A DNA stretch of 64,000 nucleotides from Candidatus Latescibacterota bacterium (GTDB taxonomy: Bacteria > Latescibacterota > UBA2968 > UBA8231): positions 2,848,001 to 2,912,000 of the forward strand of contig CBDCDC010000002.1 of the NCBI GenBank assembly GCA_965215195.1. Reading direction: 5' to 3'. The notes below the pieces were generated by a model, which saw only the letters and a program-made list of their open reading frames with translations, had not been told where the DNA came from and made no database searches. How positions within the stretch are numbered: the stretch's first letter is position 1; each line of letters opens with the position of its first letter. Below are positions 29,160-39,307 of the stretch, in pieces. A program made the translations under genes and the position numbers.

Positions 29160-30413
29160 TCAGGATTGGATCCCATCGGAAGAACTATTCGGAGCCTGAT
29201 CTGTTTGTTTGCTAGGGCTTCGCCGGAAGCACCTGAGCACACTACATGCGACATGCCAAGCGAATACAGGAGGCACCGCATTGCCCACTTGTCGCTCGGT
29301 CTCCCTGAGACCTGACTGGAAGATAAAGCTATCGGGGAACGATTGTATCCGCGCAGCCTCCCTCATGGAAATGCGTCTCGGCAGCGAATAATGGAACTGA
29401 ATATTCCCGTGACACTCAGCGCGAATCGTGTGGGCCGGCCTGTAGGCGGTAAGCCTACGGTTGCCCTGCTCTGGGCTAGGGTTTGCCCGGCTCCATATGT
29501 GGTTCAATTTGCGATTCTCTTGGACGGTTTCCAGATCGCCAATTGCCTCCTCGGCGGTTATCCACTCAGAGGGACTTCGTTCAGGTTCTGGAGGCGTGAA
29601 AGGGTCCACCTCACTGGAGGTACCTACGATAATGACTCTCTCTCGCATCTGAGGTACACCATAGTCGGCCACCCGATACAACTTGTAGCCGACTGCGTAG
29701 CCTAGACTGCCGAAGTCAGAAAGTACTTGGGCTAGTGCTTCTCGATTGTCCCCTATGAGGAGGCCCTTGACGTTCTCTGCGACAAAGACTCTTGGCCTGA
29801 TTCGTTTCACGCCCTCCACCATTGCCCGGTAAAGACCCGTCCGGGGGCCGTTAATGCCAGCCCTCTTGCCGTTAATGGAAATATCTTGGCAGGGAAATCC
29901 ACCAATCAGCACATCTGCTTCATTCGGCAGTTTATCAATAAAATCCCATACATCGCCACACGCGATGTCGTGCCCCAAGTTGTGTGTGTAGGTCTTGCAG
30001 GCGGCTCTGTTGTTGTCGTTGGACCAGGTTATCGAAAATGGAAGCTGTGGGTAGCTTCGGCCCATGAACTCAAAGCCACCAGTGAAGCCAAGATCCATAC
30101 CTCCACAACCTGAGAACATAGATACTACAGTGAGAGATTTCTTCAGACTAAGCTGAGGCACTCGGTCAAGAAGATGAGAGCCACGTCTAGGAATTTGCTC
30201 TAGATCAGGTGCGGTTTTGTACTGTGCACCTGCATCACGACTGTTGTAATTGAAGAGAGAAAGTTGGCGTCTTTCTGCGCAATATTTCGCTGCTGACCTG
30301 ATGAACCAATCCTTGAGAGTACTGCCAGATAACGCGAGAGCCGAATATAGCTCTCGCTTCTGTTCTGGATCGATCTCGATCACTATTCTCCCAGAGGGTG
30401 TTGGATTTGCCAT
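29160..30413 (-). CDS. DNA (cytosine-5) methyltransferase with N-terminal extension
   Basis: FSGCGG, GGFPCQ, ENVKG, QMRER, REAARIQSFP, GNAVPP motifs. Confidence 0.93.
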   Translation of the reverse strand: MANPTPSGRIVIEIDPEQKRELYSALALSGSTLKDWFIRSAAKYCAERRQLSLFNYNSRDAGAQYKTAPDLEQIPRRGSHLLDRVPQLSLKKSLTVVSMFSGCGGMDLGFTGGFEFMGRSYPQLPFSITWSNDNNRAACKTYTHNLGHDIACGDVWDFIDKLPNEADVLIGGFPCQDISINGKRAGINGPRTGLYRAMVEGVKRIRPRVFVAENVKGLLIGDNREALAQVLSDFGSLGYAVGYKLYRVADYGVPQMRERVIIVGTSSEVDPFTPPEPERSPSEWITAEEAIGDLETVQENRKLNHIWSRANPSPEQGNRRLTAYRPAHTIRAECHGNIQFHYSLPRRISMREAARIQSFPDSFIFQSGLRETERQVGNAVPPVFAWHVACSVLRCFRRSPSKQTDQAPNSSSDGIQS

Positions 30414-30513
30414 AGGCGTATATTAGTAAGGTAACATTACCTGAGCAAGTTAAATTTGCGCCTATTGCGCGGTTTCTCAAATTAGGGGATGCGAGAAAGT
30501 ACTACGACTAGCT

Positions 30514-31281
30514 TTACCAGAGCGTGTACCCGCCATCGACGACCAAGTCGTGGCCGGTCGCGTAGGCCGAGGCATCCGAAGCGAGGAAGACGACGGCACC
30601 CTGATAGTCGGCAGGGACGCCCAAGCGGCCCATTGGGGTGTTGGCGAGCCAAGCATTTCTCGTCTCGTCTCCGGCGTGGGCGGTCATGGGGGTGAGCGTG
30701 TGGCCGGGGCTGATGGAATTGACGCGGACGCCGCGTGCGGCCCACTCTGCGGCGCACACTCTAGTTAGCTGGTAGGCCCCGGCCTTGGCGGCGTTGTAGT
30801 GGCCGTGCAGTTGGGGGCGGTTGACGATGTGGGACGAGATTGAGACGACGTTGATGATCGAGCCGGAGCCTCGCTGTAGCATGGCGCGGCCCTCGGCCTG
30901 ACAGCAGAGGAAAACGGCCTTGAGGTCGAGGTCGAGGACCCGGTCCCAATCGGCTTCGCTGATGTCCTCGATGGGACCGCGCAAGGCAATGCCGGCGCTG
31001 TTGACGCCGATGTCCAGCCGATCCCAGGCGGCGAGGACGGTATGGACCATGTTTTCGACTTGGTCCTTGGCGGTAACATCCGCGGCAAGGGCTAGGGTCT
31101 GGCGACCGAGGTTTTCAATCCGAGAACAGGTGTCAGCGGCACCAGCGGAGTTGATGTCGGCAATGGCCACGTCCGCTCCGGCCTCGGCGAGGGCGAGGGC
31201 GAGGGCCTGCCCAATGCCAGAGCCGCCGCCGGTGACCAGAGCTTTGCGGTCGCGGAGGGAGAAGCGGTCGAGGATGCTCAT
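30514..31281 (-). CDS. SDR family oxidoreductase
   Basis: TGGGSGIG, NSAG, YNAAK, VNSISPG, VDGGYT. Confidence 0.92.
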   Translation of the reverse strand: MSILDRFSLRDRKALVTGGGSGIGQALALALAEAGADVAIADINSAGAADTCSRIENLGRQTLALAADVTAKDQVENMVHTVLAAWDRLDIGVNSAGIALRGPIEDISEADWDRVLDLDLKAVFLCCQAEGRAMLQRGSGSIINVVSISSHIVNRPQLHGHYNAAKAGAYQLTRVCAAEWAARGVRVNSISPGHTLTPMTAHAGDETRNAWLANTPMGRLGVPADYQGAVVFLASDASAYATGHDLVVDGGYTLW

Positions 31282-31348
31282 GTGATCAGCACTTCGCAGC
31301 CCGTAATCGTCGGTAGGGGAGCCTGTTTCCATCCATTGAGGGGTATCT

Positions 31349-31765
31349 TCAGCGCTGGACGAGTTCGATGAGGATCCCGTCGGGGTCCAATGCACAGACG
31401 ACGCCCGGCGTATCCGGGGCGGCCATCGGCTCGGACAGAAATTCCACGCCTTTAGCCTTCAGCACGGCGCACTCCGCCTGCACGTCGGGGACGAAGAAGG
31501 TGAGCCAGCGCACCCCGGCGGCAAATTGGGCGGTCCGCGGCGGCGGCGGCGCGGCGATCTCCATTAGCTTAATCAGCGTCTCTCCCGCCTGCAGGCGCAC
31601 CTGTCTGAAGCCTTGCGGTGCCAGCCCGATCCCCGTCGCTAGGTCTGCGGGGATGTCGATGTCGAGCGCCACTGCGAATCCCAGTTTGTCTCGGTAGAAC
31701 TTCAACGATTCTTCAAAGTTGCTGCACACTATGCACAGGTCGACGACCGGATGTGAGAGCTTCAT
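31349..31765 (-). CDS. VOC/glyoxalase family protein
   Basis: SLKFYRDKLGF, DPDGILIELV. Confidence 0.85.
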   Translation of the reverse strand: MKLSHPVVDLCIVCSNFEESLKFYRDKLGFAVALDIDIPADLATGIGLAPQGFRQVRLQAGETLIKLMEIAAPPPPRTAQFAAGVRWLTFFVPDVQAECAVLKAKGVEFLSEPMAAPDTPGVVCALDPDGILIELVQR

Positions 31766-31889
31766 TTATTACCTCCTTTAGGTAAGGGTACTGGGAGCGA
31801 TGTACGCAGACCGCCGGAGCAACCGATGCGTCCTAGCCATCTGTTCGGAGTAGGGGGTTGGTCGAGCGATTTAGGCAGGTTGCCGCAAA

Positions 31890-32654
31890 CTAATCCACAT
31901 CCACATCGAGGATATAGCGCGCTGCCGGCGAGATGCGCTTCCAAGTCTCGTAGCGCAGGTACTCGCGCTGATTGAGCTGCTGGCCGTGCTCGCGGGCGGT
32001 GAAGTAGCAGTGCATGGCGCGGCGCGGCAGGTCCTTGCTCTGGTTGCGGGTGCCGCCGTGCCACGTGTGGCTGTTGAACACGGCGACCGTGCCGGCCGGG
32101 GCGATGAGCAGCTTTTCGTTGGGGTGGGGTGCCTGCGCGTCTTCCAAAACATTGCGCGGGTGTTGGCCTTTATGCGAGCCGGGCACCAGCCGAGTGCAGC
32201 CGTTTTCTTCGCTAAAGTCGTCCAGCAGCCAGATCGAGTTGCAGACGTGAAACTGGCCGTCGTAGGCTGCTCCCCAATCGGCGTGTAGCCCCTGTAACCC
32301 CTCGCCGGGCAGGGCGTCGCGGGCGTTGAGCGAGGAGAGCTTGAAAGGGCGGCCGATGACGTGGTGGATGGCGGCCAGCACCTTGGGGTGAGTATAGACG
32401 CGGTCAAAGACCGGCCCCTTGTTGCAGAGGTCGGAGAGGCGGCGAGTGCCCTGCTCCTGATGGACTTCGCTACCGGCGTGGACTCCCTCTTGTGCGCACA
32501 GCTCCTCAAAGCGGGCGCGCAGTGCCGCGAGCCACTCATCGTCGATAATGCCCGGGAGTACGGTGTAGCCCTTCTCGTCGAGATCGTTTCTGTTCTGCTC
32601 GGTCAACAGGTCTGCGCAGACGCCCAAGGCGTCTAGTGCGTGTGCGATATCCAT
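31890..32654 (-). CDS. Phytanoyl-CoA dioxygenase (PhyH) family
   Basis: LHAD, LDDF..ENG.T.LVPGSH, TWHGG...R. Confidence 0.88.
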   Translation of the reverse strand: MDIAHALDALGVCADLLTEQNRNDLDEKGYTVLPGIIDDEWLAALRARFEELCAQEGVHAGSEVHQEQGTRRLSDLCNKGPVFDRVYTHPKVLAAIHHVIGRPFKLSSLNARDALPGEGLQGLHADWGAAYDGQFHVCNSIWLLDDFSEENGCTRLVPGSHKGQHPRNVLEDAQAPHPNEKLLIAPAGTVAVFNSHTWHGGTRNQSKDLPRRAMHCYFTAREHGQQLNQREYLRYETWKRISPAARYILDVDVD

Positions 32655-33493
32655 TATACTCCCCTACTCCTTTCCGTTTCGACGAGTGCCTTGAGCGGCA
32701 CGTCCGCATCCTGCGGCAAGTAGTAGCTCAAGGGATCGCCGACGACGCCAATGAGCTGTTTTTGGATCGGATTGCAGCGGGCGACGAGTTCGTCGGGCAT
32801 GGCGATATAGTCCATGGGTTTGACCCAGCGATAACCATAGCCAAAGAACGCGGTCTTGCGCGGGAAGCCGGCCCAGTTGTGGCCGATGGAGTGATAGGTG
32901 CGCTGCTCGAACAGGAAGGCCGAGCCAGCGCGGATATTCATCGCCTGTGCGCCGTATGGCAGCCCGGTCGCGGGGTCCGTAGCCGGGCGTCCGAGCAGGC
33001 GGTTGGACCCAGGCACGATCCAAGTGGCCCCCGAGGCCGGGGCGGTCTGGTCGCTGAGGGCATAGGCGATCTTGAGCAAAATCCGCGGGTGCGGCTCGCT
33101 CATCTCGCGGGGCGAGGTGCCGCCATCGCGGTGCCAGCCGAGTTTGTTTTTCGCCTCTTCAGCCGGCTCGTCGCCCGAAGGCAAGACGATCAAGTGCGAG
33201 GTCAGCATCTGGATATTCCAGCCGAGTATCTGCCAAGCTAGGGGAACCGTGGTGGGCCAGTCGAGGAGCTGGAGAAAGGCGGGGTGCTCAACGATGCAGT
33301 TGCGCATGTTGAGCTTGCCGCCCTTTTCGAGCCGGCCAGCGTCGGCATCGCACACATAGAGCGCGTCGGTGGCCGCGTTGAGTTCGGCGAGCGCGTCGGG
33401 CGACAGAGCGTCTTCGACGAGGAGATAGCCCTGCTGTTCAAAAAATGCCTGATCTTCAGGGGTGAGGACGGCTTGGGCGAGGGGCTGGGTCAT
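32654..33493 (-). CDS. Phytanoyl-CoA dioxygenase (PhyH) family
   Basis: F.QQGYL, WHRDG, VPGSN, TYH...R; start approximate. Confidence 0.85.
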   Translation of the reverse strand: MTQPLAQAVLTPEDQAFFEQQGYLLVEDALSPDALAELNAATDALYVCDADAGRLEKGGKLNMRNCIVEHPAFLQLLDWPTTVPLAWQILGWNIQMLTSHLIVLPSGDEPAEEAKNKLGWHRDGGTSPREMSEPHPRILLKIAYALSDQTAPASGATWIVPGSNRLLGRPATDPATGLPYGAQAMNIRAGSAFLFEQRTYHSIGHNWAGFPRKTAFFGYGYRWVKPMDYIAMPDELVARCNPIQKQLIGVVGDPLSYYLPQDADVPLKALVETERSRGV

Positions 33494-33636
33494 GGTTACA
33501 AAATTAAAGGACATTTTTCGTTTGACAATAGTTCACGCCCGGCCAAAGTCGAATAGCGTAAGCCAAGATGAAGGAGCCTCTTGAACTGTGCGTTATATAG
33601 ATTATTTTACAAAAAAGAGATAAAAAGGAGATATAT

Positions 33637-33918
33637 ATGGACTATCTTGCCGTAAAAGACCTCAAAAAGACTAGGGAACTCTGGAAAAAACTGGCCAGCG
33701 AGCGAGAGTTGGTCATTACTAAGGATGGCAAACCCTCGGCCTTGATGATCAGCGTCTCCCCAGAGACCTTAGAAGAGTCGTTGCGCGAGATTCGTCGGAC
33801 GCTCTTTTCGGCTGCCGTGCGCCGGGTGCGGAAGCGGGCCGAAACCGAGGGGATGCCCAGCGATGCAGCTATTGCAGCAGAGATTGCCCAAAGCAGGAAG
33901 GAACGCGGCCTTTCGTGA
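33637..33918 (+). CDS. Phd/YefM-type antitoxin
   Basis: LVITKDGKPSALM motif, AAEIAQSRKER end; GTGA overlap with the PIN gene. Confidence 0.8.
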   Translation: MDYLAVKDLKKTRELWKKLASERELVITKDGKPSALMISVSPETLEESLREIRRTLFSAAVRRVRKRAETEGMPSDAAIAAEIAQSRKERGLS

Positions 33919-34331
33919 AGGCGGTCGTTGACACCAACGTTCTGGTATCCGGGCTGATCAATCCCGGCAGCTACCCCGGGCGAATCATTGATTTGTTGCG
34001 GGTGGATGCATTGCAGATAGTGGCGGACGACCGCATCTTGGCCGAATACCACGACGTTTTGCGTCGCGTCGCTTTCCGTGCGTACTTCTCCGAGCAAGAT
34101 CGGGAAGACATATTGGAGTACCTCGACAACAACGCTCTACATATCGCCAGTCGCTTCGTCGTACGCTGCCTGCCGGATTCGGGTGATGCGCCGTTTTTGG
34201 AAGTGGCCCTATCGGAGGTGCCCTTGGTGACGGGCAATGCGAAGCACTATCCTTTAGAAAAGCGGCGCGATTGCCAAGTGCTCAGTCCGAAAGAATTCCT
34301 GCATATGCACTTTTCGCCTCCATCGGCATGA
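33915..34331 (+). CDS. PIN-domain toxin (VapC-like)
   Basis: VVDTNVLVSG, EY..VL, PD.GD..FLE, LVTGN.KHY. Confidence 0.88.
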   Translation: MKAVVDTNVLVSGLINPGSYPGRIIDLLRVDALQIVADDRILAEYHDVLRRVAFRAYFSEQDREDILEYLDNNALHIASRFVVRCLPDSGDAPFLEVALSEVPLVTGNAKHYPLEKRRDCQVLSPKEFLHMHFSPPSA

Positions 34332-34375
34332 GGCGCGTGGAATTGAAAGATCAAACGATTCTTGGAATACTCCCC

Positions 34376-35590
34376 ATGCCCGCACTCGACGGCATCCGCG
34401 TCCTCGACTTTACCCAAGTAATTTTCGGCCCAGCCGCCACCCAAGTTTTGGCCGATCACGGCGCCGAAGTCATCAAAATTGAGCGCCCCGGCGGCGATCT
34501 AGCTCGCGCCTTTGGGCCGTGGATAAAGGAACAAAGCCTGCCTTTTGCCAGCTTCAACCGCTCCAAGAAAAGCCTAATCGTCGATCTCAAGAAATCCGCC
34601 GGGCGTCAGATCGTCCATCGCCTGCTAGACAACGCGGACGTCCTGGTACACAATTTCCGCTCGGCTGCCGTCATGGCCAAGTTGGGGCTGGATTACGCTG
34701 CGCTGCAGGAGGAGTACCCGAAGCTCATCTACGCCGTTGGCTCGGGCTATGGCTCGCAAGGCCCGTACAGCGAGCGCAACAAGGGCGGCCACGAGTCCAT
34801 GGCCCAAGCCCTGAGCGGCGTGGCGGCCCGCTTCGTCGGTCCGCACGGTACGCCCCAGCGCCTGCCCTATACGGTCGCCGACTTCAACGGCGGCATGCTG
34901 CTGGCGCAGGGCATTCTCCTCGCGCTCTTGGCCCGCGAGCGCACCGGCAGCGGGCAATACGTGGAGACCTCGCTCCTCGACGGCATGGTCAGTATGCAGG
35001 CTTGGGCGACGACCAAAATTCTCAACTTGGGCGACGACGGGGAAGACGATGGCTCTGGGGGTGCAACTCATCCGCGCGGCAACCCGCTCGACGGAGCCGT
35101 GTTTGAGACGGCCGATGGCTTCTTGATGGTCACCGCGCTTTTCCGCCCCTTTGACCAACTATTGCGCGATTTGCAGGAGGCCCTAGCCATCGAAGGGCTC
35201 GTCGGGGATCCGCGCTTTGCCACGCTCGCCGCGGCCGTGGATCACCGCGAGGCCCTGCGGGAACGGCTGGCACCGGTCTTTGCCGAGAAAACGAGTGCCG
35301 AGTGGATTCCGCTGCTGGAGGCCAAGGACATCCTCGTGGCACCGGTGCGCTCGACAGCCGAGGCCCTAGCAGACCCTCAGCTCGCGGTCAACGAGATGCT
35401 AGTCGAAGTCCAGCATCCGCAAGTGGGTGCTATGCGCCACGTCGGTACGCCCCTGCGGCTAGCCGGGACGCCGGCCCCAGCACCGGCACCCGCTCCCTTA
35501 GCCGGGGAACACACCGCGGCTGTGCTGCGCGAGGCCGGGTACGCGGAGGCCGAGATCGCCGCGTTGCGCGCCCAAGGCGTCATTCTCTGA
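34376..35590 (+). CDS. CaiB/BaiF family CoA-transferase
   Basis: LDGIRVLDFT, GAEVIKIE, NRSKKSL, ADV..HNF, APLAGEHT. Confidence 0.92.
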   Translation: MPALDGIRVLDFTQVIFGPAATQVLADHGAEVIKIERPGGDLARAFGPWIKEQSLPFASFNRSKKSLIVDLKKSAGRQIVHRLLDNADVLVHNFRSAAVMAKLGLDYAALQEEYPKLIYAVGSGYGSQGPYSERNKGGHESMAQALSGVAARFVGPHGTPQRLPYTVADFNGGMLLAQGILLALLARERTGSGQYVETSLLDGMVSMQAWATTKILNLGDDGEDDGSGGATHPRGNPLDGAVFETADGFLMVTALFRPFDQLLRDLQEALAIEGLVGDPRFATLAAAVDHREALRERLAPVFAEKTSAEWIPLLEAKDILVAPVRSTAEALADPQLAVNEMLVEVQHPQVGAMRHVGTPLRLAGTPAPAPAPAPLAGEHTAAVLREAGYAEAEIAALRAQGVIL

Positions 35591-35606
35591 TTGTACAGGA
35601 GCCCCC

Positions 35607-36590
35607 ATGACCGACATCGTGCGCTATGGAGTATTGAGTACCGCCCAGATCGCTCTCAACCGCCACCTGCCGGCCGCGCAGGCCGTGGGCAACGCCGAGA
35701 TCGCGGCCATCTCGAGCCGGGACCAAGCCAAGGCCGCAGCAAGCGCGGCCCAAGGCGACATTGCCAAGGCGTACGGCTCGTACCAAGCCGTGCTGGACGA
35801 TCCCGAAATCGACGCGATCATCAACCCCTTGCCCAATAGCATGCACTGCGAGTGGACGGTCAGGGCGGCGCAGGCCGGCAAGCACATCCTCTGCGAAAAA
35901 CCGCTCGCCGTCACTGTGGCGCAAGCGCGGCAGATGATCGACGCCGCCCAAGCCAACGGGGTGCTTTTAGTCGAGGCTTTTACCCACCGCCTCAACCCGC
36001 AATTGCAGTGTGCGCGCCGGCTGGTTCAACAGGGCGAGATCGGGGAGGTGAAACTAGCGCGGGCCGAGCTGACCTTCGGCATCCGCGATTGGGCCACCGA
36101 CGTCCGGGCTCAAAGCGAATTGGGCGGGGGTGCGCTCTTGGACGCCGGGTGCTACTGCGTCAGCGCAGTGCGCTTTGTGCTCAATGCCGAGCCAGTCGCC
36201 GCGCAGGCGTTTCAGCATGTGCGCAACGGAGTGGATGCGACCTTGGCCGGGCTGTTGCGCTTCCCCGGCGATCACGTCGCCTATATCGCGGCCGGCATGG
36301 AGGAGCCGTTCCGCTGCGTGTTGGAGGTCGTCGGCAGCCACGGCGCGATCCGCGTCCCCAACATGTTCGACGAGCAGGCCGCGGTCCACATCGCCATTGG
36401 CAACGACGAGCGCGTGGAGACCTTCTCCGGGCCGGATCGCTTTCAGGTGCAGCTAGAGCGCTTTTCTAGCTGCATTCTCCAAGGCAAGGCCCCCGAATTT
36501 CCCCCCACAGACGGCCTCAAGAACGTGGCCGCGCTACAGGCGCTAAAGCAGGCCGCCGAATCGGGGAGCCTAGTCGAAGTGCCGTCTTGA
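35607..36590 (+). CDS. Gfo/Idh/MocA oxidoreductase
   Basis: YGVLSTAQIA, PLPNSMH, CEKP, GGGALLDAGCY. Confidence 0.9.
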   Translation: MTDIVRYGVLSTAQIALNRHLPAAQAVGNAEIAAISSRDQAKAAASAAQGDIAKAYGSYQAVLDDPEIDAIINPLPNSMHCEWTVRAAQAGKHILCEKPLAVTVAQARQMIDAAQANGVLLVEAFTHRLNPQLQCARRLVQQGEIGEVKLARAELTFGIRDWATDVRAQSELGGGALLDAGCYCVSAVRFVLNAEPVAAQAFQHVRNGVDATLAGLLRFPGDHVAYIAAGMEEPFRCVLEVVGSHGAIRVPNMFDEQAAVHIAIGNDERVETFSGPDRFQVQLERFSSCILQGKAPEFPPTDGLKNVAALQALKQAAESGSLVEVPS

Positions 36591-36593
36591 GCC

Positions 36594-37388
36594 ATGGCCC
36601 GCTACGAGTTCATTCGCTACGAGCAGCGCGACCACGTCGCCACGGTCACCCTCAATCGCCCCGAGGTTCTCAACGCCATACATCCGCCCATGGCCGAGGA
36701 ACTGGCCGACGCTTGGGAGCGAATCCGCGACGATGCCAGCGTCTGGATTGGGGTTGTGACCGGCAGCGGCGCACGGGCGTTCTGCGCTGGCGCCGATCTG
36801 AAGTGGCGGGCGGCAGCAGGCGAGGCCGCGCGCAGCCACAACCGCGCCGAGGCCAGCGGGGCTGCGCGGGGTTTCCAGCGGGGCCGCGACTGCTACAAGC
36901 CGCTTTTGGCCGTGGTCAATGGCTATGCGGTGGGCGGCGGGTTGGAGCTGGTCTTAGGGTGCGATTTGGTGGTGGCGGCCGAACACGCGCAATTGGGGTT
37001 GCCCGAGGCGCGGCGCGGGTTACTGGCCGACGCCGGGGGCATCCACAAGCTGGTGCGGCGGCTGCCGTGGAGCGCGGCCATGCAGCTCGTACTGACCGGC
37101 GAACTCATATCGGCGGAGGAAGCGCGGCGGATTGGGTTGGTCAACCAAGTGGTGCCAGCCGAGGGCCTGCAAGCGGCCACAGAGCAGTGGGTGGAGGCGA
37201 TTTTGGCGTGTGCGCCCTTGGCCTTGCAGGCCGGGAAAGAGGCGGCCGTGCGGGGATTGGACCTGCCCTTGTGGGAGGCGGTCAACACGCGCTTTGCGCT
37301 GGCCGAGCGCGTGTATGAGTCGGACGACTTTGTCGAAGGACCGAAGGCATTCACCGAGAAGCGGCAGCCGGTGTGGAAGGGAAAGTAG
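36594..37388 (+). CDS. Enoyl-CoA hydratase/isomerase (crotonase) family
   Basis: LNRPE..NA, FCAGADL, NGYAVGGG.E, GLPE, EGPKAF.EKR. Confidence 0.92.
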   Translation: MARYEFIRYEQRDHVATVTLNRPEVLNAIHPPMAEELADAWERIRDDASVWIGVVTGSGARAFCAGADLKWRAAAGEAARSHNRAEASGAARGFQRGRDCYKPLLAVVNGYAVGGGLELVLGCDLVVAAEHAQLGLPEARRGLLADAGGIHKLVRRLPWSAAMQLVLTGELISAEEARRIGLVNQVVPAEGLQAATEQWVEAILACAPLALQAGKEAAVRGLDLPLWEAVNTRFALAERVYESDDFVEGPKAFTEKRQPVWKGK

Positions 37389-37429
37389 GGAAGGCACCGC
37401 GCAAACTTCAACGAAGAGAAAGCACTGCT

Positions 37430-38311
37430 ATGGAAAAATTTGCCCCCTTGAACATGTCCCCAGAAGAGCTAATCGAGTACACCCCAGAGTGGGAAGGCGG
37501 GCGCTTTGCCGACGGCCGTCCCAAGGTCCCCGACGACATCCTCGCGCGCATGCACAACGTCAGCATTACCCAAGCCTGGGGCGTCTTGCGCGGCCCCGGG
37601 TACAACTGGCAGTACGAAGATGGCTGGATTTGTACGCATCCCGGCCAAGTGCTGGTGGGCCGCGCCCTGACGGCCGCGTACCTGCCGCGGCGGCCCGTCA
37701 TGCGTCGGGTCATGGAAGCAAAAGGGAAGCGGGCCGGCTGCATTGGCGACCAGATCTCGTGGCCCATTGACATGCTGGTGCGCGGGGATGTGTACGTGGC
37801 CGACGTATTCGGCAAAATCGATCAAGGCGCCGTCATTGGCGACAACCTCGCCACTGCCATCTACGCCAATTCGGGCAACGGGGTGGTTCACGACGCGGCC
37901 GTCCGCGATATCGACGGCATCCAAGCCTTGCCCGATTTTACCAGTTTCGTGCGCGGCTTTCACCCCACCTTTGCCTCGCCCACCATCATGCTGGCTGGCG
38001 TCAACTGCCCGGTGCGGATCGGCGGGGCCACGGTCATGCCCGGCGACGTAGTGCTCGGCCGCGACGATGGCGTGGTCTTCATACCGCCTCACCTAGCCGA
38101 ACAGGTGGTCAAAACCTCCGAACTGATCTCGCTCCGCGACCGCTTTGGCAAGCAGTGCCTCGCCGAGGGCAAATACGCGCCCGGCCAAATCGATACCCGC
38201 TGGTCCGACCCCATTGAGGCGGACTTCTCGCGCTGGCTAGAAAGTCACATCGACGAACTGCCCGTGCCGCGTGCCGCCATCCAAGAGTTGCTCAAGGAGC
38301 GGACTTGGTGA
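37430..38311 (+). CDS. RraA/HMG aldolase family protein
   Basis: GRALTA, IGDNL, VRD, PGDVV.G..DGV.FIP. Confidence 0.82.
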   Translation: MEKFAPLNMSPEELIEYTPEWEGGRFADGRPKVPDDILARMHNVSITQAWGVLRGPGYNWQYEDGWICTHPGQVLVGRALTAAYLPRRPVMRRVMEAKGKRAGCIGDQISWPIDMLVRGDVYVADVFGKIDQGAVIGDNLATAIYANSGNGVVHDAAVRDIDGIQALPDFTSFVRGFHPTFASPTIMLAGVNCPVRIGGATVMPGDVVLGRDDGVVFIPPHLAEQVVKTSELISLRDRFGKQCLAEGKYAPGQIDTRWSDPIEADFSRWLESHIDELPVPRAAIQELLKERTW

Positions 38312-39068
38312 GCTCGGGCGATGGCTCGACCCGTTTCCCTGCCTTGAGAAAAGGCTCGGCATTTCCCCAGAGTTTGCTGCCGTCGGCCGAGGTCAGGGGC
38401 TCGCAAGAGTACTGGGCCAAGTACACGCGGCGCATCTGATTGGTGGTGTTGGTGCCGCTGGAGTGGAAGTTGTAGCTGGTGAAGACGGCAATGCTGCCGG
38501 CCGGGGCCACGACCGAGATGCCGGGGTCGCTGCCGAAGTAGCCGATCAAGTCGTTGCTCCCCTCCTCGCGGACGTGCTTGACCCAAGTGCGAATGCCCGA
38601 GCGCGAAAAAGGCAGCAAGTGGACGGTGCCATTGGCCTCGGACATGTCGTCGAGGGCACACCAACAGGTTAGATACGGCTTGTGATCCGGGTAGCCGACG
38701 TAGCCCGAGTCTTGGTGCCAAGAGAATTTCATGCCAGCCTCGGCACCTTTAACCACGTATTGTTCCCAAAACAAGTAGGCGTCGTCGCCTAGGGTAGCTT
38801 GGCAGATTGCGGCCATTAGGGGGCTGAAGAGAAACTCGCGCAGGCGCGGCTGCTCGCGGAAGCAGTTGGATACAAAGTAGCGGCTGTTGCGGTGATTGAG
38901 GCCCAAGGTATCCGTGCCCTCGGCGTCCATCCGGGCGTTGGCTTTGTCGATGAAGGCTTGGCACTCGCCGCGCAGGAGCTCGAGGTGGTGGGCGGGGATG
39001 GCGCTTTCGAGGACGAAATAACCCTCTTCTTTGAATTGCTGCCTTTGGGCGTCGGTGATCTGGCGCAT
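38292..39068 (-). CDS. Phytanoyl-CoA dioxygenase (PhyH) family
   Basis: FKEEGY, WHQDSGY, W.ALDD..E.NG, FHSS..N....RR. Confidence 0.9.
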   Translation of the reverse strand: MRQITDAQRQQFKEEGYFVLESAIPAHHLELLRGECQAFIDKANARMDAEGTDTLGLNHRNSRYFVSNCFREQPRLREFLFSPLMAAICQATLGDDAYLFWEQYVVKGAEAGMKFSWHQDSGYVGYPDHKPYLTCWCALDDMSEANGTVHLLPFSRSGIRTWVKHVREEGSNDLIGYFGSDPGISVVAPAGSIAVFTSYNFHSSGTNTTNQMRRVYLAQYSCEPLTSADGSKLWGNAEPFLKAGKRVEPSPELTKSAP

Positions 39069-39307
39069 GGATCGCTCCCGGTTGATTGCAATTTAATGTA
39101 AGCTGCGGCGATATACTGGGCAGAACCCACGAGGTGTGCAAGCCTTGCACACGCGCAAAACGATCCCGCACGTCCAACTGTCGCCGCATTCCCGACATAC
39201 CGTGCGGGCCGGTGCCCTTCCGTCCCTCCCACAATAGATTCATCTGGTGGGGGTTGAGGGGGTATGGGGCTTGATTTTGGGAGAGCTTTTTTTCAATTTG
39301 GGCCGCG

